From Entomortierella parvispora E1425 (Eukaryota > Fungi > Mortierellomycota): a stretch of 64,000 nucleotides of DNA. Position numbers and translations under genes: made by a program. Positions 20,009-32,551 of the stretch are shown here, piece after piece (position 1 is the first letter of the stretch; every line of letters begins with the position of its first letter). The stretch is taken from NCBI GenBank assembly GCA_020891255.1, contig BQFW01000012.1, forward strand, positions 1 to 64,000, given 5' to 3'. A model generated the notes under the pieces. It had not been told where the DNA came from, did no database searches, and worked only from the letters and a program-made list of their open reading frames with translations.

Positions 20009-23000
20009 CTATGCTAAAAAGATGTTTTGGTCTTTCTGTCGCTGGTGTCCAGCCTTGTCCTCGAGCCTCAGCGCGTCCTCCTCGCCTTCCAGAATGGCGA
20101 CAATCATCTCCAGCCACCTTTCCTCTCTCTCCATCATAGTTTTCCCGGGTTCATCAATGCGTTTCTGGAGAATTTTGTCCTAAGGAAATAAGCGACAAAA
20201 AAAATATAAAAAAAACATGAGATAATTGGTCAAGAAGCAGGGGGGGGGGGGTTAATAAGTACAACCACGTACCAGTTCCTCACGCATGGTCTTGAAAACA
20301 ACCGCAGTTTTAGCGTGACACTTGAATTGAATCCATTTGTCCACTGTAACCAGCTTGGCATGGTGCTATTTGATGGATGAAGGGTTGTTATTGGGCCCCC
20401 CTAAGTATCGTTCCCCCAAGAGTTCTCCCATGTCTGTCGCCTTACCTTCACAGACAGCTCGCCACCAAAGAGCACCAGTGGGAACTGGCCTACACGACAG
20501 CTCTCCCAAACGTACATCCTCGATGACTTGACAAGACTGTTGAACACAAACCAAGGGCTCACATCCGGTCCTGTAACTGCTCCTGCTGATCCGCCTTTCT
20601 GGAAGTTGACAGACGATGGGTGGATCCAAACTGTCTCTTGTTTAGGTCCAGTAACATAGGCCTTGAGGCCTTCATTCCGCATCATCACTTTTGGATACAT
20701 GCCCGCCGTGATGGCTGCATTCAAGACTGGGATTGATCTCTGGTAGACATTGTATTCCGGAATTACGGGGCAGAATGAGATCCGGCTATTGAACCGTTCA
20801 CGGTTCAGGTCCCGCTTTGTCTCGGCATCGACACTCACGAAGCCGGTCCCTACCAAGAATCCCAGGAACTGCTTCTTCATGTCCTCCATCATGGTCAAGT
20901 TTTGGTGACTCAAAAAGTTCCTGCGGCAATAGTCGTAGATTCCGTTGGGTTTGGCCTGATAGGCTTGTCGCCATCCCAGGTAGGCGTTGTACCAGGTTAA
21001 CATGTCGGAATCCGCCAGTTTAAACCTGGCCTTGGCGGCATCTGCCTCGCTCTCGGCGCCAAAAGGCGTAACAAACGGCGACTTAAAACTGAGCATGGCT
21101 GCAATAGTCAAGATCGGGTCCAGACACTTGAAGATGGACCCAAAGAGAATCATCTTGCCAATGTGCACATCCACGGGCAAATTGCACAAATGGATACCCA
21201 GTGGTGTCAACTCCTCTGTTTTCGTCAGTGCACGAACATCCTGCAAAGCCAGAATAGCGTTTTCGATCGCTTTGACAGGCGGCGCATCCAAAGCACTTCC
21301 CAAGACTTCGGCAATTTCGCCCAGCTGACACATTTTGATCATGAGACAGAGCTCCTCCAGAGGCATTCGCATGATCTCCGGCATTTGGTATTCCGGCATG
21401 TAGTCCTCAAACGTCCTTTTGGAGAACAGATGGAAGCACACGCCTTCCTGCACTCTTCCGGCACGACCGCGACGTTGGCGAGCGTTCGATTTGGCAATAA
21501 AACGTTCCTGTAAGGTGGTCACGCGTTTCTTCTCGTCAAACTTGATTTGCTTTGATTTTCCCGTGTCGAGGACAATGGTCACATCTGGAATCGTAATACC
21601 CGTCTCGGCAATGTTGGTCGCCATCACAATCTTACGGACGCCAGGAGGTGGCACATCAAAAACCTGACTCTGGCATTCAGAGGAGACAGAGCTGTGAAGC
21701 GGCCACAACTGGAACAAGGATTCGTTTCCAAATCGACGACTGACTTTGAGCGTATCGAACAATTTGCGGATCTCTGGCATACCAGGCAGAAAAATCAGGA
21801 TTGCACCTTCCTCCGGAATATGAACAGGCTCTACATCGGCACTCTGACTGTGCTTCCTTCGATCCTCTGGGAAACAAATATGCTCCAACAGTAACTGAAT
21901 GAGTTCGTAGTTGATTTTGTTTTCATCAATTCGGTTCAGCATTTGATGGGTGCGATTGACCATGGTAGGACCCTGCGAAGTGTCGTCGCCCATTGTAATT
22001 CGAGCTTCAGCCTCCTGCGACGAAAAGTCGCCCATATCATTCTCCCACTGCAGGTGAACTGTTGTGCGACTCGCTCCTTTGCCTGCAATGTCAACCGAGC
22101 CCTTGCCTATGAATTTCGAGCAAGAGGGATTGTAAGTGAGAAATCAACAAGGTTGACCTTTGACCGCACGTTGATAAAGATGGGGCATCCAGGCCTTACT
22201 CTGTATATCTTTTCTGAAGCGGATGGCGTATTCAGAGTCCTCTTCCAGAGTATATCCAGTAAAATCAATGACATTGTCCAAGAATTGAGCATGAACAGGG
22301 AAAGTTCTTCCAGGGACTTCCAGCACAGGGCAGCCTTTAAAGTATTCTGAAAACCGTTGAGAGTCAACTGTAGCACTCATGAGAATGATCCTAAGAGCCG
22401 CAAGTTTGATCCGCAGTTAGCGAAAGGGTGTCCTCACATAAAAAATGATATAGAAAAATCGAATAGCCGCACTTACTTTAGATCTGGACGTCGGGGCAGC
22501 AACTTTTTAAGAATGATCAGGAGGAAATCCGACTCCAGAGTGCGTTCATGTACTTCGTCGATTACAAGATGCGTGACGCCCTTGAGTGTCTTGTCGCTCT
22601 CCAAGCGTCGCAGGAGGATACCCTATTTTGATGTACGTGCCAACAATAAGTGTAAATGGGAGTGTCCGTTCAGCTAGGTTCATGATCCAGTGGCAACAAT
22701 ACTTACAGTGGTACAGAACTTGAGAATGTTGGTTGGGGCAACGCGAGACTCCAGTCGGATTTGGTAGCCCACAAGGGTCTTGGGTTTTCCAGCAGAGTTG
22801 CGCGAGTCGCCCAGTTCCTCGGAGACACGATTGGCAATGGAGATGGCAGATATTCGCCGTGGCTGGGTGCAGACAATGTCGCACTGGTCTCCCAGGCCTT
22901 GCTGGAGCATATGTTCGGCCAAGTACTGAGGTACCTGTGTACTCTTTCCACATCCGGTTTCTCCAGAAACGATCACGACCTGATTTTTCTCAAGCAGCGC

Positions 23001-25174
23001 CAGCAACTGTTCCCTGAATTGGAAAATGGGCAAGTCCTTGCGCTTCTCGAAAAGTTTGATATGCCCAGGTCGCCTAAGTCTCTCACTCCAGTTTTGCTGA
23101 AGAGCCTGTCCAGCAGGCGTAACCACACGATCCTCTTGAGCCTTTGGAGTGTCGTCCGCAACATCGTCTTCCGCCTGTTCATTTTCGCCCTGAGTATCGC
23201 TCACGGTCCTATTGGGTATCTTAGCAACCAGGGTCTTGATGTACGACAGACGATCTCCATCCACAAGTTTTTTTGCCAATCGTCCAGAAGATTCCTTCTC
23301 GTCAATCCATTCCAGCCACAGATCACGATATGTAGGAGGAAGCGATCTGTACAAAGGAAGAGGCGTCAGATCGTACAGGAGCTTGGTCGCGGCATAGTTC
23401 TCCGCCTCGGTCATATTTTCACATCCCTCCTCTTCCATTTGCGTTGTAGACTGACCACCACTGCCCCATGTAACAGTGACAGAGGCCATAGCTACCGCCG
23501 CCGTAGACGAAGGTGCCTTCTTGTAATTAATCTTGGAATGGCGATCCTTTTTGCGGCAGAATTCAGCTAGGACAACCTTAGGAGATCCTCCGCTCCATGA
23601 TGGATTCGCCATTCGCCGCTGCTTCAAATGTGAAACTGGTGTAGAGTCGGCTTCTGTTGGGGCGAGCCCGCCCTCCAAGTCCCACATTCCTCCGAGTATA
23701 TCTCCTCCGTCTTCTTCTGCTGTAGGTTCTTTGCGACTAGCTTCCTCTTTTTCCTTTTTCCGTTTCGACTTTTTCGCCTTCTTCTTCTCCTCGATAAGAC
23801 GCTGCTTCAACATGGATTCCGCCAGTTTCTTATCAAACGCAAAGTCAATGTCTAGACCATTGATTTTGGAGTTCAATGTGTCGATTTTTCTGGTCACGGC
23901 CTTTTTGTCCGCAGGTGACGCCGCCTCTGTGAGCAGTTGAGCGAGTTCAGCCAAAGACATTTTGTAGTCAACATATCGCTCATTGGGATCCTCTGCTTCC
24001 TCGTCCGAGTTTTCCTAAAGACATGAGTTCCAAAAATGTATGAGCCGAAAATCCACAAAGAGAAAACTAGATGAGCCACATGTCAATTAACGTACAGCTA
24101 GTGCAGATTGCAAAATCCATTCCTTCTCCTTCGATCCTGCGCCTTGTGACATCTGATCCAGTACAGGTTCGGGGGTGGTCTCCCTCTCCACTGGCACAAT
24201 TGCTGGATTTAGAGCCAAAGTCACAGACTCTGGCAACGATGGGGTGTGGGGTACAAAGGGCTGGGACGCGTGCATCGAGATCTTCATATCTGCCGTTAAA
24301 AATACAAAAGGAATGGAAAGGTCAGTTACCCAGTCTGACAAATGTGGAAGGATACCGATGAAGGATAACGTTGGCTGCTGTACCTTCATCGTGATAGAGT
24401 TTGTCCGCAAATCCCTTTGGAAGTCGATCAGCCTCCATGTTCATGCAGAGCTGAAGTGGTGTAAAAATACAACAACTCCTGTCAGTATAACGTCTCGTAA
24501 TATCCCGAAACCGCAGTTAAATTCCGGTTGTGAAGTCCTACCCAGTCCAGCGCATCCTCTGACTCGCCCGTGTATGTGTGTTGCAAAGCCTCCTCGATGT
24601 CTGCCTTTTCAAATCCAAGGCGGACTAGAGCAAGATAGGTGACGTTCAATTTGGCCACCAGTTGGTCATTGCTGAGGTACACATTAGGTTGAAACGCGTC
24701 TATCGAGAGTTATAAAAAAGGACGGTCAGCTACATCTTTCCGTGTCTCCATGTCAAGAATGACGCTCAGAGTGAACCCTGTTGTCCGTTGAATTCCATCA
24801 TGCCTACCAGCGTCTTTGGCCTTGGCTTCTTTCAGCAGCCCGATGACACTGTTCTCGAGGTTGGCCTCTATCTTGAGGACGGGCAACGTTTCAACATTGA
24901 TCCTCTGTGTCGCTCCTAAGAATGCATCAACCTTTCGTAATGACAGTCCTTCGAGTCGCTCTGCCAGAGACACAAATTCGTCCTCTTCCTCGCGCTCCTC
25001 CTTGGCGTCCGCAGTCAACAACTGGTCAAGAATTGGCTCTGGTGCTGGCGTTGGCGGTTCAGGTTCAGGTTCCAGCTCTGGCTCTGGTTCGACCGGCTTT
25101 GCCTTTGGGATTGAAGTGGTGGCAAAGCCTCTCGCCTGCGCATTCGCGTACTTGTTCTTCTTTTTTGGAGGCAT
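20009..25174 (-). CDS. DHX29: DEAH-box RNA helicase, DHX29/DHX57-like, multi-exon
   Basis: [67 protein letters not shown]2/OB-fold region. N-terminal MPPKKKNK...[10 protein letters not shown] and a UBA-like segment. Confidence 0.9.
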
Positions 25175-26717
25175 GGAGGCGATCTGTCAGGATTCGAATG
25201 AATAATGCATGCATGATTGCAGCGATCTCGACGGAAAAGGCACGAAAAAAAAGAGGTCACGTGCCTTTTTTTCCTAGGATCAAAAAAAAAAAAAAAAAAA
25301 AAGGACAAAAAAAAAAGCTCAATGATGACGCTGTGTGTCACCTCACAGGAGGTGCGAGCACATCAGGCAACAAACAACGCCTCGAGACAATTTTTGTGGA
25401 GAGAACAGTTCTTTGTCGACTGGTTTTCTCGAAAAACTTTAATTGGCCCAGATATAGAGCGCACTCTTGTTGTCGCAAAGGTGCATCGAATGCCAGAAGC
25501 GGAAAGGGATGAAAGAAGGGGAGTGGGTGTGATGTTTACTTGAATGAAAGTTATTGTCCATCATTTGCTGAATGAGTAAGAAGCAAAAATGAGGGAAGCA
25601 TCAATGTTTACCTGGTTTCTTTGACGGATGACTCTCCTAAAGGTCGAGACCGACACCGCCCCTGTCTCTCTGCATTTTTGAAATCGACAGGGCCCACTTC
25701 GGAGGAGCGCGCACTGATTATCCGTAAGTATTGGATTGGAAGGGTCTTTGTTCAGCCCGTTCCCTTCCTGGGCAATTGTGGGATGCCGTGATTGGGTCCT
25801 GGTCCCTGGTCGCTAAAATCCAACGGAATTTAATGAAGCCAACGAGCGGCGCCCAAAAGAGAGTTCTGGACTGGAGGGGAGCGAAGTCCAGTGGTCGCGT
25901 GGTTGGCCAACTTGCCGAGGGCTGGCACATGCTCCTTTGTTTGTCGACTCTGCAGCTTTGCGTTCCCCAAACCTTCGTTCGCAAGGTGCCACCAACAACG
26001 GAGTGAATAGAGAAAAAAAAAATCAATTCTCTCGCCCTCTGCCCAACTGAACCTTGAACGGATAACCTCGGTCGCTCCCCGCCAAACGGACAAGGAACAG
26101 CATCAGCGGTGGTGGCGGAGAGGAAACAAGAACTTCAAAGCCGACAGCCGCGCAATGACGAGAGAGGGAAACAAGCGAGCAGAGTTGAATGAAGGGAAGT
26201 GAATTCAAGGAAAAATTGAAAGGAAGTTGAGGGATGAGATCAGCCGGCAGCCAAAGAGGGAAGAGCGAATAAACCAGAGCTGGCCTTCATGTCAACAATC
26301 CAACCAACAGCAGAATAGACACAAACAAACAACAAAGGTGCACAAACCAATTGCGTTGTTGCCGATGTGCTCAGTCCTTTCTTCTTCTTTGTCTTCTTGT
26401 TCGCCTTCTTCTTTTCGTCTCTTCTTTTCCACAATCTCGACATTGAGCCATTCCTTCTTTTTCTTCTTCGTTCCTCCATTTCGACCCGTTACGTCGACTG
26501 CGCCATCTCGCACCCCTCAACCGTTCCACACCCCGCTCGCTTGCCGAGCTATAGTAGTCACAAGAACAGAAGGAACAAAGGGTCCGACCCTTTTATTCAA
26601 TCGCCCTTTTATTTCGTTGCAGCAAGAACACGAAAGCGAACACGAAGCAAGAACAGTAAACCAGCCACGCCAGGAAACACAAGCAGGAGTAGGAACAATA
26701 CCAAAACACAAGTCATC

Positions 26718-28469
26718 ATGGTCGGCAAACTCTTCAACGATTTGGTCACAACGCTTGACATTCTCCTGGATTCGCCCACGATCAACGTCTGCGTCAACCA
26801 TCCCTCGGTCTGTGTCCTCAAAGGGAAGGTCCGGATAATCGCCAAAAGACCCTTCATCTTCAGGTCCCTTCAACTTCACGTCCTGGGTCTCTCTCGGATT
26901 ATTCGTAACCAAGGAGCAAAGAATTCGAATTACAAGCAAACCTTTTTGGACAAGACGTTGGATTTCTGCCAGAACCCAGAACAATCGACATCCCTCCACC
27001 AGGGCGTGAACGACATTGATTTTACAATCGAGTTTCCATCGCACGTACCGAGCAAACGTGTTCAGCGACAGCCTTCTCCGGTGGAGTCTAGTTTGACCGA
27101 GGGTCTTTGCTGTCTCCCAACTGGACCTGTCAAAGCCGTATCTACGGACTCGTCCATCAGCTACACAGTTTGCGCAACCCTAGGAATGAGTCGTCGCGAT
27201 ATCCTTGTCAACAACCACGTTTCGACCACGGTCCCCTTTTGGGTTCAATCATGGCAGGACACGATTGACTATCGACAAAGCGACGACCATTCCTATCACG
27301 GTAAACGGCGTGCTCGGATTGAGTTTCAGTTCCAGGTGCCGAAGCAGTTGGACAGCCGCAGGTTGGGACAATCACTCTTTGGGATCAATGGAAGCTGGAA
27401 GACTCTCCAAGACCATTTGCGTGTCCGAGAGATCCAATACTTCTTGGTCGAAGAGGAGCAGCAAAAGTATGCCCTTCCCCCCCAATGGCCGAAAGATTAT
27501 TAGTCTGCCCTCTGCCTTCATTGATTGCCACCAATTATGTTTTAGCTCTGTTGGTCATGTTACTCATTTTGTTTTCTGCGTCCTTTATATTTTTTTCTTC
27601 TTTTTTTTCTTTTGATTGATAGGTTCGCAGGCAATTCAACCCCACATGTGGATACAACCATCATCAGCACTCAGGTCGTATACGATTGCTCTCAATTTAC
27701 TCCTGCGCCAACAAATGCCTGGAACCACCTTGAGAATCCCGAACGCCTGCAAATCCTTCAGCCCCTGCGCGTGTTGGAAACCTCTCAATTGCCCTTTCCT
27801 CACAGCTTGACTATCTCACACAAACTTCGAGTCTTGATCCGATTCGACCAAACGCTTTCCAAGGAGCGTGATCTTCAACTCTCTTTCCCAGTTCTTGTGC
27901 ATCCTGTCCTGCAAGAAGATGGCGCGCCTGTACATCAGGACCCGACTTTCGACCGAGCCCTACACCGGCGCAGGATAAGGCAAGCACTCTACGGAAACAG
28001 AACGGTGGCAGGTGAGGGGATTGAAGATGGTGAGGGAGGATATGATGATGAGGACGGGTTCCCATTACCCATCTATGCAGACAGGGAAACCACGGTACTG
28101 CTAATGGTGGGCGAGGAGATCATTGCACAGCCCGATATACAAGTAGAAGAGATTGAAGGTCTAGGTCTAGTGTTGACGCCACACGAGTTAGGAAGCAATA
28201 ATGAGCGAAGCAGCCACAGCAGCGATCACGACGGCTCAGATGAACAAAGCATGCCTTTGCACTCGCCTGTGCAGGCGCACTTGTCCTCACCACCACTGTC
28301 ACCAGTCTCATCGATTCTTTCCAGGACGAATATCTTTGACCAGCAGTGGTCTCTTCCCAGCGACGATACGCCGGATTATTCGACCGTTTCCGAACAGGGA
28401 CAGATACCCGGAACTCTGCCACCCCCCTATGGTTACCAGAGCTATCCTCCCAGTGCGCTGTCTGTGTAG
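26718..28469 (+). CDS. Alpha-arrestin-like ubiquitin-ligase adaptor; exons ~26718-27466 and 27623-28469
   Basis: Arrestin-N-like LKGKVRII...LHQGVNDIDFTIEFPS, arrestin-C-like ISHKLRVLIRF, and C-terminal PY motifs (LPIY, TPDY, PPPY). Confidence 0.75.
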
Positions 28470-28716
28470 ACGCACAATCTACTATAAACTTATTTGAATA
28501 AATCTAATCTCCCTTTTGCATGACTGCTTCTTTCCCCCGCAATCGACGCGTCCACGGCGCCAGTCGTTTTTTGGTCTCCACTTTTTCGTCTGGTCTGCAC
28601 AGCATTGGCCCCAGCGACTCTGTTCATTCTTCATCCATCCTTCCTCTGACATTCCTCACCAATTTCCCACCATCCACCTTCACTCTCACCCAAATACACA
28701 TTCACGCATTCACATC

Positions 28717-29295
28717 ATGAAAGATATTGTAAAGATTACTTCAGACATCATCAGTCTCGATGAAGTCGCAAAGTCGGTGCATGATCCCAAGGCGGGTGCC
28801 ATTTCTACATTCTCCGGAACTACTCGCGATAACTTTGAAGGTATTATATCTCCACCATTTCTCCTCGCCTCTAACTCACTCGTTCGTCTTTGAAAGTTCT
28901 TACTCAATTGCTCTGTTTTTCTTGTTTTCCTCTTCTTTTCCCTGGTCTTGATATCCTAAACAGACAAGGAGGTCAAGACCCTTGCCTATGAAGCCTATGT
29001 CCCAATGGCAGAGAAGTCTATCCAGTCCCTGATCACAGCTGCTCGTCAAAAGTGGTCGGATCTGATCCATATTGCCATTTGGCACAAGATTGGCGATTGT
29101 CCTGTTGGCGAAACTTCGGTTGTGATTGCAGTTTCGTCTGGACATCGAACCCAGGGCTTGGAGGCAGTGCATTGGTTGATTGATGAGCTCAAGGTGCAAG
29201 TCCCTATCTGGAAGAAAGAGGTCTACACTAACGGGGGACCTGACGGAACCGATGGCGGAGAAGTCTGGAAGGCGAACAACACGATACCCAAATAA
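28717..29295 (+). CDS. MOCS2: Molybdopterin synthase catalytic subunit (MoaE/MOCS2B); exons 28717-28840 and 28964-29295
   Basis: GAISTFSGTTRDNF, LAYEAYVPMA, HKIGDCPVGETSVVIAVSSGHR, IDELKVQVPIWKKE. Confidence 0.95.
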
Positions 29296-29394
29296 ACCCC
29301 ATTGGAAATAACTAAGTCCATCAATAAAAAAAAAGCTGGGAAGTGGATGTGCGGCGCGGCGCGAATTATTATTGTAATATTGCTGTGCTGCCTT

Positions 29395-32187
29395 CTAGAT
29401 AAAACCAAACATTTTGCCCTTCTTCTTGTCGTTCGCCTCAGATCCATTATTGTACTGTGGCGAAGATTGAGCGGGCGATCGAGGGGGAATAGGTACGTGG
29501 GGCATAGGCGGTGCCACAAATCGACCCGATGCATCTTTCTGGATTGTCCTCATGCCTCCGGGTCCAGATCCTGCGTTTGCACCGCCTCCTCTGTAATCTG
29601 GTGTGATGGGCCGGTGAGACGACGGAGGCATAGGTGGAGGGTTAGTGGGCCTTGATGATGGCTTTGCGCCCGGCGCAGACCGTGAACTCACTGGAGCAGG
29701 ACTGATGACTGGCGCCTTGTATGGAGGAATGGCTGGCGGCAAAGGTCTGGGTGGACCATTGGCAAGATGGCGCAGGTTGAGGACAAACTGTCTTGGAGTC
29801 AGAATGTGAGTTGATCCAACAATAATGTCGCGGCCATGACTATGACAGAGCTCGTGCATAGCGCGGATCTCTGAATGGGTGACACCTCCAGCAATGAAAA
29901 CATATAGCCTTGATCCCTTCACATTGGGTTGCTTCTTATCCCATGTTGGCTGTGCCGTTTTGCGCAGTGAGCGTGTTGACTCCGCAGTGCTGACAGGCGC
30001 CTCGGTTGTATATGGGTAGAGTGTCGTATCCAAGGTGCCATTGATGTGCTCTTCAACAATTTTTTTTGTCTTTGTAACATATCGCGACAAGTCGAAAGGC
30101 TGCTCTTCGTCGTCCAGTCTCTTTCGGGGATAGAATGGCTTCTTTTTGTTCCTTGGTGCCGAGCCGCCCTATATACAAGAGTAAACAACTGTATGAGTAC
30201 ACATCTTGAGTCAAGCTATCATTTCTTTGAATCAACTGCACTACGTCAAATTTGCACATACCCTTTCAACAGAGACACCAAGCATGGCAAGGTTCCTGAT
30301 TGCCTCGGCATTGCCTTCTGAGACTTTAGCATGGCTGTAAAGACGTTCCCGATCCTCTGCTTTAAGGCCGCCTCGACAGATGGTGTAGAGCATGAGCAGG
30401 CGCAACTTGTCCATAGAACTGACGTCAGGATCATCAAGAAGGGGGACCATTTCTGCTAGGACCTGCTTCGGCAGGTGACCATCCACAGTCTCTCCAGTAG
30501 CCAGCTGTTGTTCCACCAGTCCTAGCTCATTGATCTTGAATTTTTCGAAAATCTTCATGCATTCCTTCGCAATATGAATATGTGTCGAGTACTTTGCTTT
30601 CTGATCCTGAAACTGAGGCAGATTCGCCAACTGGTCCTTCATGTTCCTCAATGTCGCGGTCTTGTCCTTATCACCTCGAAGGGCCTCGTTGTCGGCCACA
30701 AACTTGTTGAATTTCGCTGTCAATGTGCTAGCTGTCTCCACAATATGGGCGTGTCGGATATCCATGAAGACTTGATCAGATTCATCAATTACTACTGACA
30801 CCGACTCCATGTCTCCGCTGGCGTTTTCGACTTCGTAGGTGAATTTGGTGCCATCCTCGATCGTCAAGAGATCGTTTGCCATGGCTTGGTAAGTGAACTC
30901 ATGCAAAATCGCTGCTGCCACATCCACCGATCTATCCAAAATCAATATCGTTCCTTGTCCTTGCTGCTTCGTCTATTGAGATGGTTTAGGAAAATACGCA
31001 CTGTGAATTAGCGATTGACTCGCGAATATAGTAACAAGGTTCTGTTCTTTTCGGTCAATCATCTTACAGCAGTTTCAGGATTAGATCTCATGAAGGCATC
31101 CAGCTCTGTCTGCAAAAAGTTTGCCAGTTTCATGGATTGAGTTCGTTTGCCATCCTCTGTCTCCGGTGGTCGAAAGTATCGGATTGAAGGATAGTCGCCA
31201 AAAGTTGCTATCACTGACATGAGCTAGCGGATAGTAAAAGTTAGTTTCTTTGGTCGTTGGTACACTGATACGAGGATCCTTTGTCGATAGCACTCTCTAC
31301 CTGCTTTGCAATCGAATCCAGCTCTGATGAAGCCTCTGATTTTTTCGATGGAGAGTAGAGCGTGAAAAAGCTGGATGGTGTTTCGAACGAGAATACGCGG
31401 GATTCAATAGCTAGTCGAGAGTGCAATGGTGCATGGTCAGTTTCAAATCAGTACTGTAGCCACATTTGACGAAATGAGTCCCGAGCGTACCTGTGAAATC
31501 AATGAAGAGCTCCTTGAGTGTTTTGATATGTTTGGAAACTGGTGATTGCGTGAGTCGTTTGAACAGTCGGTCATCCAGAGCTAAAGGGAGCAGGAAAGAG
31601 TATAGTTTTTCGTTATTCTCCATGACCATCGAGAGACAAAACAGGTACACTGTCCGTGAAAGTGCGCTTACGAGCTGTGAAGAAAATGTGGGCCGCTTTG
31701 TATTTCCCTCCTGGCGTTTCTCCTGCATAGTCGTCAATCAGCCTCATAACAGACTCTTGACAGGCCGTCAACAGGTACACAGCTTCTAGTGACGGGTATG
31801 CCTGGCGCTTGCTTTCCAGCATCTCGACCACTGCATTCAAAAGAAGGGTATAAGTGGGTCAGTGGCAAGTGAGCATGAAGACAGAACCATGCATGGACCA
31901 AAAACAAGTGATGCACTCACAGGTGACGTTCCTGTCCATGATGTCAAACATCTTGCATGCACTGAGCACAATCTTGTTTGTCTTTGCATCGAATACGACA
32001 ATCTTGTACCGCTCTGGCGGCTGAATCGAGTCGATGCTGTCCAGGATCCCTATGTGCAAAAGAAAAGACCAGCAGCATGGTGGAACGTTAGGCCAGTCTT
32101 TGGCGGGGTCATCATCATACGCCCGAAGAATGGGCATTGTCCGGCATATTTCGTACGGTCATGAAGGGCCTTAAGGACCGAGGTCAT
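29395..32187 (-). CDS. SEC1: Sec1/Munc18 family SM protein, multi-exon
   Basis: YKIVVFDAKTNKIVLSACKMFDI, KRQAYPSLEAVYLL, ILDRSVDVAAAILHEFTYQAMANDLL, RLYVFIAGGVTHSEIRA, GSTHILTP. Confidence 0.93.
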
Positions 32188-32551
32188 GGTGAAGAGACAG
32201 AGAGGATGAGCAAGATGAGGATGAAGGGATGAAAGGATGAAGTGATGGAAGAGAGAAGATGGAGAGAGGAAGAAAGAAAGAAAGAGAGAGCAGGGAAGGA
32301 GGAGCAGAGAATAGGAGAGAAAGAGAGAGGAAAGCGACAGAGAGGGTCTGTCGCGTGCATCGCGTGTGTGCGTGCCTTTTTTTTGCTTTTTGGCAGGGGA
32401 AAACGGACGTTTCATCCAACCTTTCTTTTTTTTTGTTCTTTATTCCCTTCACTCCCTCTCTCCCTCCTTCTCTTTCTCTCTCAAAGATGACTGTATAGCT
32501 GCTCTGTATTGATACACTTTCGATTGCTACTCTGCCCCACCCTGCGCTACA

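Noticed and set aside
28500-28720. Bicistronic MOCS2A/MOCS2B arrangement as in animals
   Set aside because: No upstream ubiquitin-like ORF ending in Gly-Gly is present; only the catalytic subunit is here.
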